DNA of 64,000 nt from Nibricoccus sp. (GTDB lineage Bacteria > Verrucomicrobiota > Verrucomicrobiia > Opitutales > Opitutaceae): contig JASGHG010000001.1 in assembly GCA_047602425.1 (NCBI GenBank), forward strand, positions 4,736,001 through 4,800,000, read 5' to 3'. Of this stretch, positions 10,092 to 22,679 are shown in pieces. Each line of letters opens with the position of its first letter. Position 1 is the stretch's first letter. Under the pieces are notes generated by a model. It had not been told where the DNA came from and ran no database searches. It saw nothing but the letters and a program-made list of their open reading frames with translations. A program made the position numbers and the translations under genes.

Positions 10092-10168
10092 CCCCATTAG
10101 CGGTTCATCTGTTACCCTTGACCCGAGTCTATACATCTTGCTGCGCCCTTTCTGTGGCAAACCAAACC

Positions 10169-10193
10169 GGGCGCAGCAAGACTGCGCCCCTAC
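10169..10193 (-). repeat. GTAG-type REP (second, inverted copy of doublet)
   Basis: Minus strand reads GTAGGGGCGCAGTCTTGCTGCGCCC: a GTAG tag followed by the GGGCGCAG/CTGCGCCC hairpin. Confidence 0.85.
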
Positions 10194-10492
10194 AGCCGGA
10201 GTTGTGCGGTTATGACATTTTTAAAAATGCTCTAGCTTCCTCAGTGGCACGTCTCACGGATCAGAGTTCATAGGGGACGTAACCGCTGTTTCATTCGTTC
10301 CACACCTCAAATCTCCCGAAACCAATCAACAAACCTAAAATTCCGTTCTCAGCTATCTTTGCAATCTGAGAGTTCCTCGTTTCGCCGTCGCTGCCGAATA
10401 CGGGCATCCGCGGTTAAATATCGGACATGCGGAACGAGCCGCTTGATAGCGGCTCCACCAGTGTCGGTTGTGACTGTGGCAACTATTGCGGA

Positions 10493-13120
10493 CTATTTAA
10501 CGACCGCCGCGACACCAAGGATGATGAAACTGCCGTCGCCCCGGAGCTCCAGCTTGTGGCGTCCGGGACCGTATTTCATGACAAAGGCGTTGATTTGCGG
10601 CAGCGTGTCGACAGTGGCGGCATTTAGGAGCAGTGGTTCATTCGTTTGATCGCCGGCGTGGGCATCCGTTTCGAGTTCCGGCGGCTGGCGCCAGCCTTTT
10701 TCCTTGGATTGCACATAGCCAATTACGATCTGCACCGGAACCCCGGTCTCGAATTCGATCGGGACGTAGCGCCCTGCCCTGGCTTCTGTATCCGAAAAAC
10801 GGATGCCCGTCAGCGTGGCAAGTTCAGGCGCCAGCGACTGGATTTCCCAGGTGCGATCCGTGAAAACCCTCGCACCGGGCCCCGGACGGTAGGTCTCAGC
10901 TTTGGAGCTCAGGAGCGTAAACGATGCGGGCTGCAGGGGCTGGATCGCGGCGCGAGCAGCGGGACCACTGGACCGCAGGGTTTCGATGTGTTTGTCGAAT
11001 TCCACTAGTTCGTTTTCGTAGAGAGGCAGCAATTGCGTCCAATGATAGTTGGCCGGCTGTCCATCCTTCCCGCCCGGCACCGGGATGCGCCGTTGGCTGG
11101 TTTGCATGGTGTTGGCAAAGCGATAAGTGTCCTTGGTGAGAGCGGTGAGTTTGCGATATTGGTCGAGACTCGCCGCAAGCCGGTGACGCGCTTCCTCCAT
11201 GTCCTTGAGTTCATGGCTGCGTTGATAACGTAGGACCGCGAGCGCCGCCTCGGCTTTGGCGGCATAATTTTCTGAAAGTGCCTGGATGCAATAGATGTCG
11301 TTCCTCAGACGGGCGAACTCCTCGCGGTTTTTCGTGACGTGCGGCGCGGCTGCTTCAATGGCTGCGACGGCCCTGGCGGCGAATTCACGAACCTCGCGGT
11401 TGATGGAAATCGGAGTTTCGCCCTCATGCGGTTGCTTCGACCACTCCTTGTCGGCAAACTCCTGCAGTCGTTCGCCGAGCGGGGCCTGGGAGAGCCAGAG
11501 TTCGGGATACGGACGGTATTTCGCGGGCGTGACCAGTTGGTCGAGCGTCATACCGAGAGAAAGTGTTTGGCGGTTCCCTTCGGTTATCCCGTAGCGACGC
11601 AGGAGGCGCGGCGCGCATTCACCGGAATCGTTGTAGGCTTCGAGAATCTTAGCAGCTGCCTCGGATGTGCCATAGTGGGCCGCAAGGCGCTCGATCCAGT
11701 ACGCCTGATCGGCGGTAGGGTCGCGATCGGGGTTCCACGCATAACGCGCCCAAGCCTCGAACCAGATCCAATCACGTTCGATCTGTTTGAGCGGAACCTC
11801 GGTCTTGTCTGGGGCGTCCGGCCAGCTCCAGTACGCGAGCGGATAAAGGTGAAGGCCACCCGCGCCAAGGCGGTCGCGCATGGCGATGACGGATTTCTGG
11901 ATGAAACGTTGTGCACCGTAGCGGAACGGCTCCAGGTTCGCGAGAATGTGAACATTGGCCAAGTGCGTTGTCCCCAGTTTGCTCATCGCCAGGTGTGTCT
12001 GCTGCCAGACACCGCGCGGTTCCCACGTGGTCAACGACTCGCCATTGAATTTTGCCTCTGTGTAGAGGTTTTTGTAGACCTTGAGCGCCTCGGGCATCAC
12101 GACGCGCGGGTCGGTAGCGTGTGTGCGCACAACGACAGGCGGTTCTTCCTTCAAGCCCGCAGCGGCCATGCCGTCCTTCACGCCGGGCAAAATCACTTTC
12201 GAGAGCCAATCGTTTTGCATCGGCACATCCTGGAGCGCCTCACCGAGGCAGATCATCAGGCCAACGTTGGGATATTGATGCACGAATTCGGCGATGGACT
12301 TGCGAGTATAGTCGGCGGCGAGTTCGTTTGTCTTATTGAGTTGGGTCGGCAAGCCGTTCTTTTTTGCAAAAGGTTTTGAAAGAAGAATATTATAGAACAT
12401 CTGTACGACCCAGATGCCGCGCTTGTCGGCCTCCTGCGCGATGTAGCGGAACATCTCGGCGTTTTCCTTGAACTGTTCCTCCGAGACTTCGAGCGCGTAC
12501 GGGTAGTCGGCGAGTTTCACCAGCGAGGCGAACGGATGCCCGTTCCAAAGGTACAGCGTGTTCATCCGCTGCCCGGCAAGATAATCGAGATACTCTTTCC
12601 AAAATGCCTTGTCGTAGAAAAACGGGAAAAGCTCCTTCGTGTATGGATACTCGTAAACGTGGCGACCGGGCAGAATGAAAGTTTTCTGCATGCCGATGCA
12701 TGGACCGCGGAGCTTGAGGACAGGCGCGTCGACGATACGGCAATGGGCCGGCAAGTGTCGCAGGTCCTTCACGTTTTCCGTCAGGTGCAAGCAACCGTAG
12801 AGTACGCCGGTGTCGTCGTGGCCGATGACTGCGATTGTTTTTTCTCCGGCATCTGCAATCACATAGCCCTCGGACCGCAATTCGCCTTCAGCAATTTTGA
12901 CGCGGCCGGCCTCGATGAGGCTTTTGATTTCCTGAGCCTGCGGCACCCCGATGACAATTTTCGCGGCCGTCTGATCCAAGCCGAACGTCGCTTGCAGTCG
13001 CTCTGCACCATAACGCACACGCGGCGACGCGTCGGTCGGCGCAGAAACGCTGGCGGCCCGCGCAATTCCAGCGGCGAGCAATACGAAAACAATTTGTCCC
13101 AGGAAACGACAATTCAGCAT
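10493..13120 (-). CDS. GH138-like alpha-D-galacturonidase, secreted
   Basis: Signal peptide. 'VYEYPYT...FFYDK...RMNTLYLWNGHPFASLVKLADYPYALEV...EADKRGIWVVQMFYNI' matches recalled GH138 (BT0997-type) sequence. Confidence 0.82.
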   Translation of the reverse strand: MLNCRFLGQIVFVLLAAGIARAASVSAPTDASPRVRYGAERLQATFGLDQTAAKIVIGVPQAQEIKSLIEAGRVKIAEGELRSEGYVIADAGEKTIAVIGHDDTGVLYGCLHLTENVKDLRHLPAHCRIVDAPVLKLRGPCIGMQKTFILPGRHVYEYPYTKELFPFFYDKAFWKEYLDYLAGQRMNTLYLWNGHPFASLVKLADYPYALEVSEEQFKENAEMFRYIAQEADKRGIWVVQMFYNILLSKPFAKKNGLPTQLNKTNELAADYTRKSIAEFVHQYPNVGLMICLGEALQDVPMQNDWLSKVILPGVKDGMAAAGLKEEPPVVVRTHATDPRVVMPEALKVYKNLYTEAKFNGESLTTWEPRGVWQQTHLAMSKLGTTHLANVHILANLEPFRYGAQRFIQKSVIAMRDRLGAGGLHLYPLAYWSWPDAPDKTEVPLKQIERDWIWFEAWARYAWNPDRDPTADQAYWIERLAAHYGTSEAAAKILEAYNDSGECAPRLLRRYGITEGNRQTLSLGMTLDQLVTPAKYRPYPELWLSQAPLGERLQEFADKEWSKQPHEGETPISINREVREFAARAVAAIEAAAPHVTKNREEFARLRNDIYCIQALSENYAAKAEAALAVLRYQRSHELKDMEEARHRLAASLDQYRKLTALTKDTYRFANTMQTSQRRIPVPGGKDGQPANYHWTQLLPLYENELVEFDKHIETLRSSGPAARAAIQPLQPASFTLLSSKAETYRPGPGARVFTDRTWEIQSLAPELATLTGIRFSDTEARAGRYVPIEFETGVPVQIVIGYVQSKEKGWRQPPELETDAHAGDQTNEPLLLNAATVDTLPQINAFVMKYGPGRHKLELRGDGSFIILGVAAVVK

Positions 13121-13129
13121 GGCGGAAAA

Positions 13130-16462
<3,333 letters not shown>

Positions 16463-18853
16463 TCAGCCTTCGATGGATTTTGTTTCCCCTGGCTTGAGGG
16501 AGAGTTCGATGGTGCGACTGCCAACGACGATTCGCGTCGTCGTTCCGCCCACGCTCTTGATCGCTGCGGAGACGAGCTTGCCGGATTTCCAAACAAGCGA
16601 GACTTCGAAACCGCCACGAGCGCGCAGACCGTTGACGGAGCCCTCGGCCCAGGCGTCGGGCAAGCACGGCAAGAGACGGATCACGCCGGGTTCGCTTTGC
16701 AGCAACATTTCCGCGATTGCGGCGGCACCACCGAAATTGCCATCGAGCTGAAACGGAGGATGTGCGTCGAAGAGATTCGGATACGTGCCGCCACTGTGTT
16801 GTTTTTGGGAAGTTTCCTGATTGGCGGGTTTGAGATGTTCGCCAAGGATCTTGGCCGCGCGATTGCCATCGCCGATGCGAGCCCACATGGCGAGTTTCAT
16901 GGCCAGGCCCCAACCCGTTCCTTCGTCGCCGCGCGCATCGAGGGTTTTGCGCGAAGCCGTCACGAGTGCGGGTGTCGTTGTCGGGCTGATTTCCATGCCG
17001 GGATAAAGGCCCCAGAGATGTGCGGTGTGGCGATGGTGCGGATCGGGCTCGGGGTATTCCTCGAGCCACTCCATCACACGGCCATCGGAACCGATGCGTG
17101 TCGGGGCCAGGTGCGCGATTTTTTCGGACAGCTCGGCGCGGAAAGCGTCGTCGATGCCAAGGATTTTAGATGACTCGATGCAGGCGTTAAAAAGATAACG
17201 GATAATCTGGATGTCGGAGGTGGCACCCAAACAGATGTGGACATTTTTTCCATCAGGCAGCGAAAAAGCATTTTCTGGCGAATTCGACGGCGCGGTCACG
17301 AGCCATTTGTTTTTTGGCTCTTCGATCAGCATGTCCGAATAGAATAAAGCCGAACCTTTCATAACCGGATAAGCCCATTTCAAAAATTCCTTGTTGTTGG
17401 TGAATAGATAGTGATCCCAAAGGTGCTGACACAGCCAGGCGGAGCCGGTGGTCGTGGCGCCCCAGTTGGCTCCTTCGCCGGGCGAAGTAAATCCCCAGGG
17501 GTTCGTGATAACATGCGCAACCCAGCCGCGGGCATTATAGTAGGCCTTGGCCGTTTTCGCGCCCGGCTCCTGCAGTCCGGCGATGAGCTTGAACAAAGGT
17601 TCGTGGAGTTCGGATAAATTACACACCTCGGCGGGCCAATAGTTCATCTGCACGTTGACGTTGAGGTGCCAGTCTCCATTCCATGGCGTCTGCACGCCGT
17701 CGGCCCAGATGCCTTGCAGATTGGCCGGCAGTCCGCCGGGACGGGAAGTTGAAATCAACACATAGCGGCCAAAATTAAAATACAGCGCAACAAGCGAGGG
17801 ATCGTCGCTCCCTGCGCGGAAAGCCGCGAGGCGCTCGGCCGTGGACTTGCTCGCGGCGGGAAGCGTCAGCGCATCAACCGAACCGATCCGCAGAGCCACG
17901 CGGTCGTAGAAACGGCGAAAGTCGTCGATGTGAGCGATACGAAGTTGTGAAAACGTTTTACCAGCGGCGTGCGAGAGATCGGCGCGGGCGGTTTTAGCCG
18001 CGTCGAGGACCTTCCGTCCTGTGAAGGTTTTGATGTCGGTTGCCGCGGTGATGAGGAGCGTTACTTCATCGGCGTCCCGGATGACGAGTGTGGCGCTGGA
18101 GGTTTTGACCGAGCCGCCGCGCACGATGGCGCGTACGTTTGCCGCAAAGCGCACGCCGTTGCCGTCGGTGCCATTGGTCAGCTGACCGGTCATGTTCAAA
18201 CCATTGTCACCATCGGCGGAGAAAGTGGCGCATTCTTTGCGATCAAGCGTCGCTTCGAAGGAAATCGCGCGGGGCTTGTCGGCCTTGATGCGATAAACGA
18301 TCACCTCGTCGGGCTTGCTGGAAAAAACTTCGCGGACGAATTTCACGCCACCTTGATCGTAGGAAGTGGTGACAATGGCATCGCGCAGATCGAGCTCGCG
18401 GCGGTAATTTTTCACTGCCGCCGCCACGGACCCACTGCGCACAAACTTTAGCCGCAGATCGCCGAGCACTTGGTAAGAGCCATATGGCACTTTCGCGCCC
18501 TGGCCGAAACCCGAACCTTTGCCGGCACACGTGAAACTGGCCCAGACCAGTTTTTCCGCCTCGGCATTCTTACCCTCGAGCAGGAGGCGGCGGATTTCTG
18601 GCAGCGCGGCGGCGGCATCGGTGCGGTCGGCTTCCTGCGGTCCACCGGACCACATGCCGCTCTCGTTTAGGACGACACGTTCCTCCTCGACGCCACCAAA
18701 GACCATCGCGCCAAGCCGTCCGTTCCCGATGGGACTTGATTCGGTAAAATGCATCGCCGCTGTGTTAAAGAGCACAATGCGATCGGGCGAAGAACCATGT
18801 AGCCAGGCGGCGGAGAAAATGAAAAACTTGGCAAACAGACGAAGGGATTTCAT
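16463..18853 (-). CDS. GH95 alpha-L-fucosidase / alpha-L-galactosidase
   Basis: '[14 protein letters not shown]', 'PANLQGIW', '[12 protein letters not shown]', 'HRHTAHL', '[11 protein letters not shown]'. Start reassigned to ATG 18853 (ATGA overlap with upstream stop, signal peptide follows). Confidence 0.92.
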   Translation of the reverse strand: MKSLRLFAKFFIFSAAWLHGSSPDRIVLFNTAAMHFTESSPIGNGRLGAMVFGGVEEERVVLNESGMWSGGPQEADRTDAAAALPEIRRLLLEGKNAEAEKLVWASFTCAGKGSGFGQGAKVPYGSYQVLGDLRLKFVRSGSVAAAVKNYRRELDLRDAIVTTSYDQGGVKFVREVFSSKPDEVIVYRIKADKPRAISFEATLDRKECATFSADGDNGLNMTGQLTNGTDGNGVRFAANVRAIVRGGSVKTSSATLVIRDADEVTLLITAATDIKTFTGRKVLDAAKTARADLSHAAGKTFSQLRIAHIDDFRRFYDRVALRIGSVDALTLPAASKSTAERLAAFRAGSDDPSLVALYFNFGRYVLISTSRPGGLPANLQGIWADGVQTPWNGDWHLNVNVQMNYWPAEVCNLSELHEPLFKLIAGLQEPGAKTAKAYYNARGWVAHVITNPWGFTSPGEGANWGATTTGSAWLCQHLWDHYLFTNNKEFLKWAYPVMKGSALFYSDMLIEEPKNKWLVTAPSNSPENAFSLPDGKNVHICLGATSDIQIIRYLFNACIESSKILGIDDAFRAELSEKIAHLAPTRIGSDGRVMEWLEEYPEPDPHHRHTAHLWGLYPGMEISPTTTPALVTASRKTLDARGDEGTGWGLAMKLAMWARIGDGNRAAKILGEHLKPANQETSQKQHSGGTYPNLFDAHPPFQLDGNFGGAAAIAEMLLQSEPGVIRLLPCLPDAWAEGSVNGLRARGGFEVSLVWKSGKLVSAAIKSVGGTTTRIVVGSRTIELSLKPGETKSIEG

Positions 18854-19983
18854 GAGCAGAATTCGTGAATGGCGTGATAGAGGCGGTGTTGCTCCTCTGG
18901 ATTTTGAACGTGAGTGCCGACGATAAGGCGCACGCCCGGTTTCCACAAGCGGTGAACGTGCGACATGACTTCGTCGAAATCGCCAACAAGCCGCGCGTGC
19001 AAAATCACGCCAGTGCCAGCCAGCGCGTCGCGAAACTCCTCGCATTTGTTGTACGCGGGATCGGTTTGCGGACTAAAAGCGCCGTCGATCATGGTGAGAT
19101 TTTTGATTTTCTTCACCGCTTCAATCCACCGTCCCCAATTGCCGCAGGAATGGATGGCGGTGCCGCCAAAGGCCGCACCGATCCGTTCGCAATCGGCCAC
19201 GCAAAACTCCTCGAACATCGGAGGCGACACCATGATGAGATTGTCCGTGCTCAAACCGATGCCGGTGCCAGCCCGCGAACTCGCGAAACCGTGCCCCGGG
19301 CGCGCCAGGAGATTGCCGATCAATTCGCTCTGCTTTTGTGTGAAGCGAATGAGTTCGTCGCTGATGGCGGCCATGATTTCGCGCACCCGTTCCGGCTCCT
19401 CATAAAACGAAGCCAGGAACTGACTCACATCGACAAGACCGCCCGCGGCGTTGATCGGGCCTTGAATGTCGCACCAGGACATGGGCACTTGTCCGCGGGT
19501 CTGTTCGAGGAAATATTCGATCGTCATTAACGTCGACGCGAGCACAGGCGAAAGACCGGGTAGTCGCTCCAATTTCGCTGGCACTTCACTCACCGAACCA
19601 TAGCGCGGAATCACCGCAGGAGATTGTCCGGGAAACCATTCGTAGTCGGCCCCAAAAGCCGCGGCCGTCGTTCCGATGCCATACCAAGGCTCCAGATAGG
19701 TCGGTGCGTCCGTCAGGTAATCCATCGTGCGTGCGAGCGCACCGAGCTGCCAGTGCAACGACTGTTCACGATCACGACAGCCATCGCGAAAGACCTCGCC
19801 GGCGCGCACACGTTGCCAGACCGCCACGCCGTCGCGCTTCGCGAGAAACGCGGCGTAGCGTTTGTCGGCTTCGGCGGCGAAACCGGCGTAGCGGGCAAAA
19901 TCGAAAGCCGCAGGCGCGGTTCGCACCACGGGCATGGCCATCGAATCTTTTTTTGTCGTGTCGAATTTGGCGGGAGCAGCCAT
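18850..19983 (-). CDS. Uroporphyrinogen decarboxylase / MtaA-CmuA methyltransferase superfamily protein
   Basis: '[10 protein letters not shown]', 'FYEEPERV', '[10 protein letters not shown]', 'IHSCG' (HxC metal motif). No signal peptide. Confidence 0.72.
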   Translation of the reverse strand: MAAPAKFDTTKKDSMAMPVVRTAPAAFDFARYAGFAAEADKRYAAFLAKRDGVAVWQRVRAGEVFRDGCRDREQSLHWQLGALARTMDYLTDAPTYLEPWYGIGTTAAAFGADYEWFPGQSPAVIPRYGSVSEVPAKLERLPGLSPVLASTLMTIEYFLEQTRGQVPMSWCDIQGPINAAGGLVDVSQFLASFYEEPERVREIMAAISDELIRFTQKQSELIGNLLARPGHGFASSRAGTGIGLSTDNLIMVSPPMFEEFCVADCERIGAAFGGTAIHSCGNWGRWIEAVKKIKNLTMIDGAFSPQTDPAYNKCEEFRDALAGTGVILHARLVGDFDEVMSHVHRLWKPGVRLIVGTHVQNPEEQHRLYHAIHEFCS

Positions 19984-19992
19984 CGGCGAACC

Positions 19993-20331
19993 TCAATCTT
20001 GATGGAAAACTTCCTCCATGTTTGCCCACCACTCGCCTGGCGCGCGATCGTCGAGCGCCTTTTGGCACGGAATGCAAACCGACCACCATTTCTGCGTCGT
20101 CGGATCGGCCGCCATTTTCGCCATGTCCGCGGCGAAATCGTTGCCGAAATATTCGAAGTAACTAAAAAGGTAATGCTGGCCGTCGGGCATTTTTCGCAGG
20201 TAGATAGAATAATTCCTGATATTGCACGCGCTGATCATGGCCAGCACGCCCGGCCAGACCGCGGCGTGCAGTTTCTTGTATTCGTCGAGCTTTTCGGCAC
20301 GGACGCCGATGACAGAACCGTAGCGTTTCAT
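19993..20331 (-). CDS. rhaM: L-rhamnose mutarotase
   Basis: 112 aa. 'EYKKLHAAVWP', 'NIRNYSIY', 'LFSYFEY', 'TQKWW', 'MEEVFH' are RhaM hallmarks. Confidence 0.9.
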   Translation of the reverse strand: MKRYGSVIGVRAEKLDEYKKLHAAVWPGVLAMISACNIRNYSIYLRKMPDGQHYLFSYFEYFGNDFAADMAKMAADPTTQKWWSVCIPCQKALDDRAPGEWWANMEEVFHQD

Positions 20332-20341
20332 AGTTTTCCAG

Positions 20342-21418
20342 TTAGTGAGAGGTTGAGGTGTCTCCGAGATAATTTCCGTAGGTCAGCAGCAGAACCGCCG
20401 CGCAAAGCACAACCAAGCCCAGGCCGATCGCGGAATGCGTGCGCGGGCTGCAGCGTTTCCATTCCTTGAAAACAATGGCGACAAGATTGCTAAACAACAC
20501 GAGCATCACCATGTGAATAGCCCAGCTGGAAAAGGCGTACTCCTTGCCCAGGCGCACATGGCCGAGGTTGTAGAAGAAAAATTGTCCGTACCACAGCGTG
20601 CCTGTGGCAATCGCGAGCAGGTAGTTTACCGGCAGGCTGGCCGGCTCACTTCCCTCTTTGAGCCTGGTGAGTTCTCCGAGCGTTTTGTTCTTTCGTGCGA
20701 GAAATAAACTATAGGCCAGCGCGGTCAGAAACGCGCCGCTGTTGGCGAAGATGTACGTTACATTGCCGCGCCAATAACCCGCTCCGTGTTTTTCCGCGAT
20801 ATCGGCAATCGGTGTCGCGACTTCCAAAGCGAAACCGTAAACCGCCGACAATGCTCCAGCGATCAGCGAGAGCGTGAGGCCCTTCGTGAGGGAAAATTCG
20901 CCGGCGCCGGCTGCGGTTGCTTTCAAATCGCTTTCCTTAAACCGGCCAGCCATGCCACAAATCGCAATGCCCAGAGCGCCCGCGGCGACACCGCCGAACA
21001 CCCAACCAGAGCCAACTTTTGCGGCGATATCGCCAAATTGTCCACGCACGAGCGGCGGCACCAACGTGCCCAGCACGCTGGAAAGACCGACCGCGATCGA
21101 ATAGGTCAGCGAAAAGCCAATGTAGCGGATCGCAACGTTAAAAGCCGTTCCGCCCACGCCGTAGGCCACACCCATCAGGAAGGACCAAAGCATGCGATCC
21201 TTGGGCGCCTCTGCCAGAACCGCGCCTAAATCCGGAATCGTCAGCCATGCGCCGACGATGGGCCACAGGAACCAGCAAAACGCGGCCTGAACCATCCAAA
21301 AAACCTCCCAGGACCAGCGTTTGATGTACTTTTGGGGCGAATAGCAATTGGCGGCGAAAAACGCGCCGATTCCGTGGAAACCAACGCCAAGAAAAGGTTG
21401 CGGGGTAATAGGAGCCAT
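20342..21418 (-). CDS. rhaT: L-rhamnose:H+ symporter (RhaT family)
   Basis: About 10 TM segments. 'YSPQKYIKRWSWEVFW', 'GTLWYGQFFFY', 'SSWAIHM...FSN...KEW'. Confidence 0.85.
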   Translation of the reverse strand: MAPITPQPFLGVGFHGIGAFFAANCYSPQKYIKRWSWEVFWMVQAAFCWFLWPIVGAWLTIPDLGAVLAEAPKDRMLWSFLMGVAYGVGGTAFNVAIRYIGFSLTYSIAVGLSSVLGTLVPPLVRGQFGDIAAKVGSGWVFGGVAAGALGIAICGMAGRFKESDLKATAAGAGEFSLTKGLTLSLIAGALSAVYGFALEVATPIADIAEKHGAGYWRGNVTYIFANSGAFLTALAYSLFLARKNKTLGELTRLKEGSEPASLPVNYLLAIATGTLWYGQFFFYNLGHVRLGKEYAFSSWAIHMVMLVLFSNLVAIVFKEWKRCSPRTHSAIGLGLVVLCAAVLLLTYGNYLGDTSTSH

Positions 21419-21441
21419 GGAGGTGCGGGGTATTTGGATTA

Positions 21442-22644
21442 TTATAATTGTTCGGCGTATTCGCCAAGGCCAAGCGGGTATCTGCCGTATTCACGAACCA
21501 ACTTCACAATGAAATCGTAGGTTTCGCCGGAAACACTGCTGCTGACCGAGTGGTCCGAGGCGAAAATGTAGCCGCCGCCGCGCGCAGCGTTGAGCTTGCG
21601 CAACACCTCGCGCTTGATCGCGGCCTTGTCGCCGGTTTCCCAAATTTGCACGTCGCTGTTTCCGAAGAAACCGACCTTGTGGCCGTATTGCCTGCGCAAT
21701 TCCACGCAGTCCATGCCGGCTTTTACCTCTAGCGGATTGTAAGACAAAATTCCCATCTCAGCAAAATCGGCGAAGATGGCTTTCACGTTGCCACAACCAT
21801 GATAGGTCACGGGCAAACCCTTCGAGCGGGCGTAGTCGGTCATGTGCGCGACCCAGGGCTTGAAATGCTCACGCCAGTAAGCGGGCGAAAAAAGCATGGC
21901 GTTTTTATACGCAACGTCGCCCCAGATATGGAAACCATCGAGCAGGCCAGCGCCGGCGTCGATTTCGGCCTTCGCGCATTCGAGGAGGTGTGCACCGATT
22001 TTGTTAATTGCTGCCCCCATGCGTTCCGGCTCCTCGCCCATCCACATCAGCGCGTTTTCTTGCCCAACCAGTCGCGTGAGACATTCACTGACTTCGATCA
22101 TGCTGCCGAAGACCGGGAAGTCCGGGCGCAAAGAGTTCACCGTATCGATCCAAGCGGGAGAGTTGCGTTCAAAGCCATCTCCTACTCCGGCGATCTGGTT
22201 GTCTCCGCCGGAGAAAAAACGCCGCGGATCGCGTGGATCGTCGAATTTCGCAGCCTCGAGTTTTTCCAGCGTATCGATTTCCCATGAGCGCATTTCCGGC
22301 ATGGGAAAAGCAAATTGCTTATGGATCACCGCGCCGAAACCGGTCTTGACGACGACTTCCTCGGCATTTTCGACGAGTGTCTCGAAGGGCCGAATCCACG
22401 GGTCCATGTTCGGCACCGTGATAATCAAATCGAGATCGTAGTAATAATAGGGATTTGCATCCGCAGGCAAACCCAGTTCCTTGCGCCAACGCCTTGTGAA
22501 GCCGCCCCAAAAAAAATCCGTCACAGGAACGCGATCCGGCTCCTCGTGATGAAGCGCCTTGTTAAGGCGTTCCAATTTGCGCAGCGTATTTTCCTTCCGA
22601 CCTTTTTCGGCGGCGGATTTTCCAAACGTGTCGAACATGCTCAT
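21442..22644 (-). CDS. Uroporphyrinogen decarboxylase / MtaA superfamily protein
   Basis: 'HEEPDRVP' start motif, 'WGDVAYKNAMLFSP..WREHFKP', 'YHGCG', 'NPLE', 'GGYIFASDHSV'. Start reassigned to ATG 22644. Confidence 0.8.
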   Translation of the reverse strand: MSMFDTFGKSAAEKGRKENTLRKLERLNKALHHEEPDRVPVTDFFWGGFTRRWRKELGLPADANPYYYYDLDLIITVPNMDPWIRPFETLVENAEEVVVKTGFGAVIHKQFAFPMPEMRSWEIDTLEKLEAAKFDDPRDPRRFFSGGDNQIAGVGDGFERNSPAWIDTVNSLRPDFPVFGSMIEVSECLTRLVGQENALMWMGEEPERMGAAINKIGAHLLECAKAEIDAGAGLLDGFHIWGDVAYKNAMLFSPAYWREHFKPWVAHMTDYARSKGLPVTYHGCGNVKAIFADFAEMGILSYNPLEVKAGMDCVELRRQYGHKVGFFGNSDVQIWETGDKAAIKREVLRKLNAARGGGYIFASDHSVSSSVSGETYDFIVKLVREYGRYPLGLGEYAEQL

Positions 22645-22679
22645 GTTTTGGGGAGGTAGAAAGCGGGTTGACGAGAGGT

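Larger units (their letters stand above)
8822..10135 (+). mobile_element. IS481-family insertion sequence, 1314 bp
   Basis: TGT...ACA ends. Imperfect terminal inverted repeats 8822-8870 and 10087-10135 (36/49 identical by hand alignment). Flanking direct repeat TCTTG at 8817-8821 and 10136-10140. Single transposase. Confidence 0.92.

Noticed and set aside
10236..10492. Possible immunity gene or sRNA downstream of the IS
   Set aside because: The short ORFs there overlap the GH138 3' end in antisense, with no convincing start or structure.
18850..22644. UroD-family genes as hemE (heme synthesis)
   Set aside because: They lack the HemE 'MRQAGRY' motif, carry HxCG instead, and have no tetrapyrrole gene neighbours.
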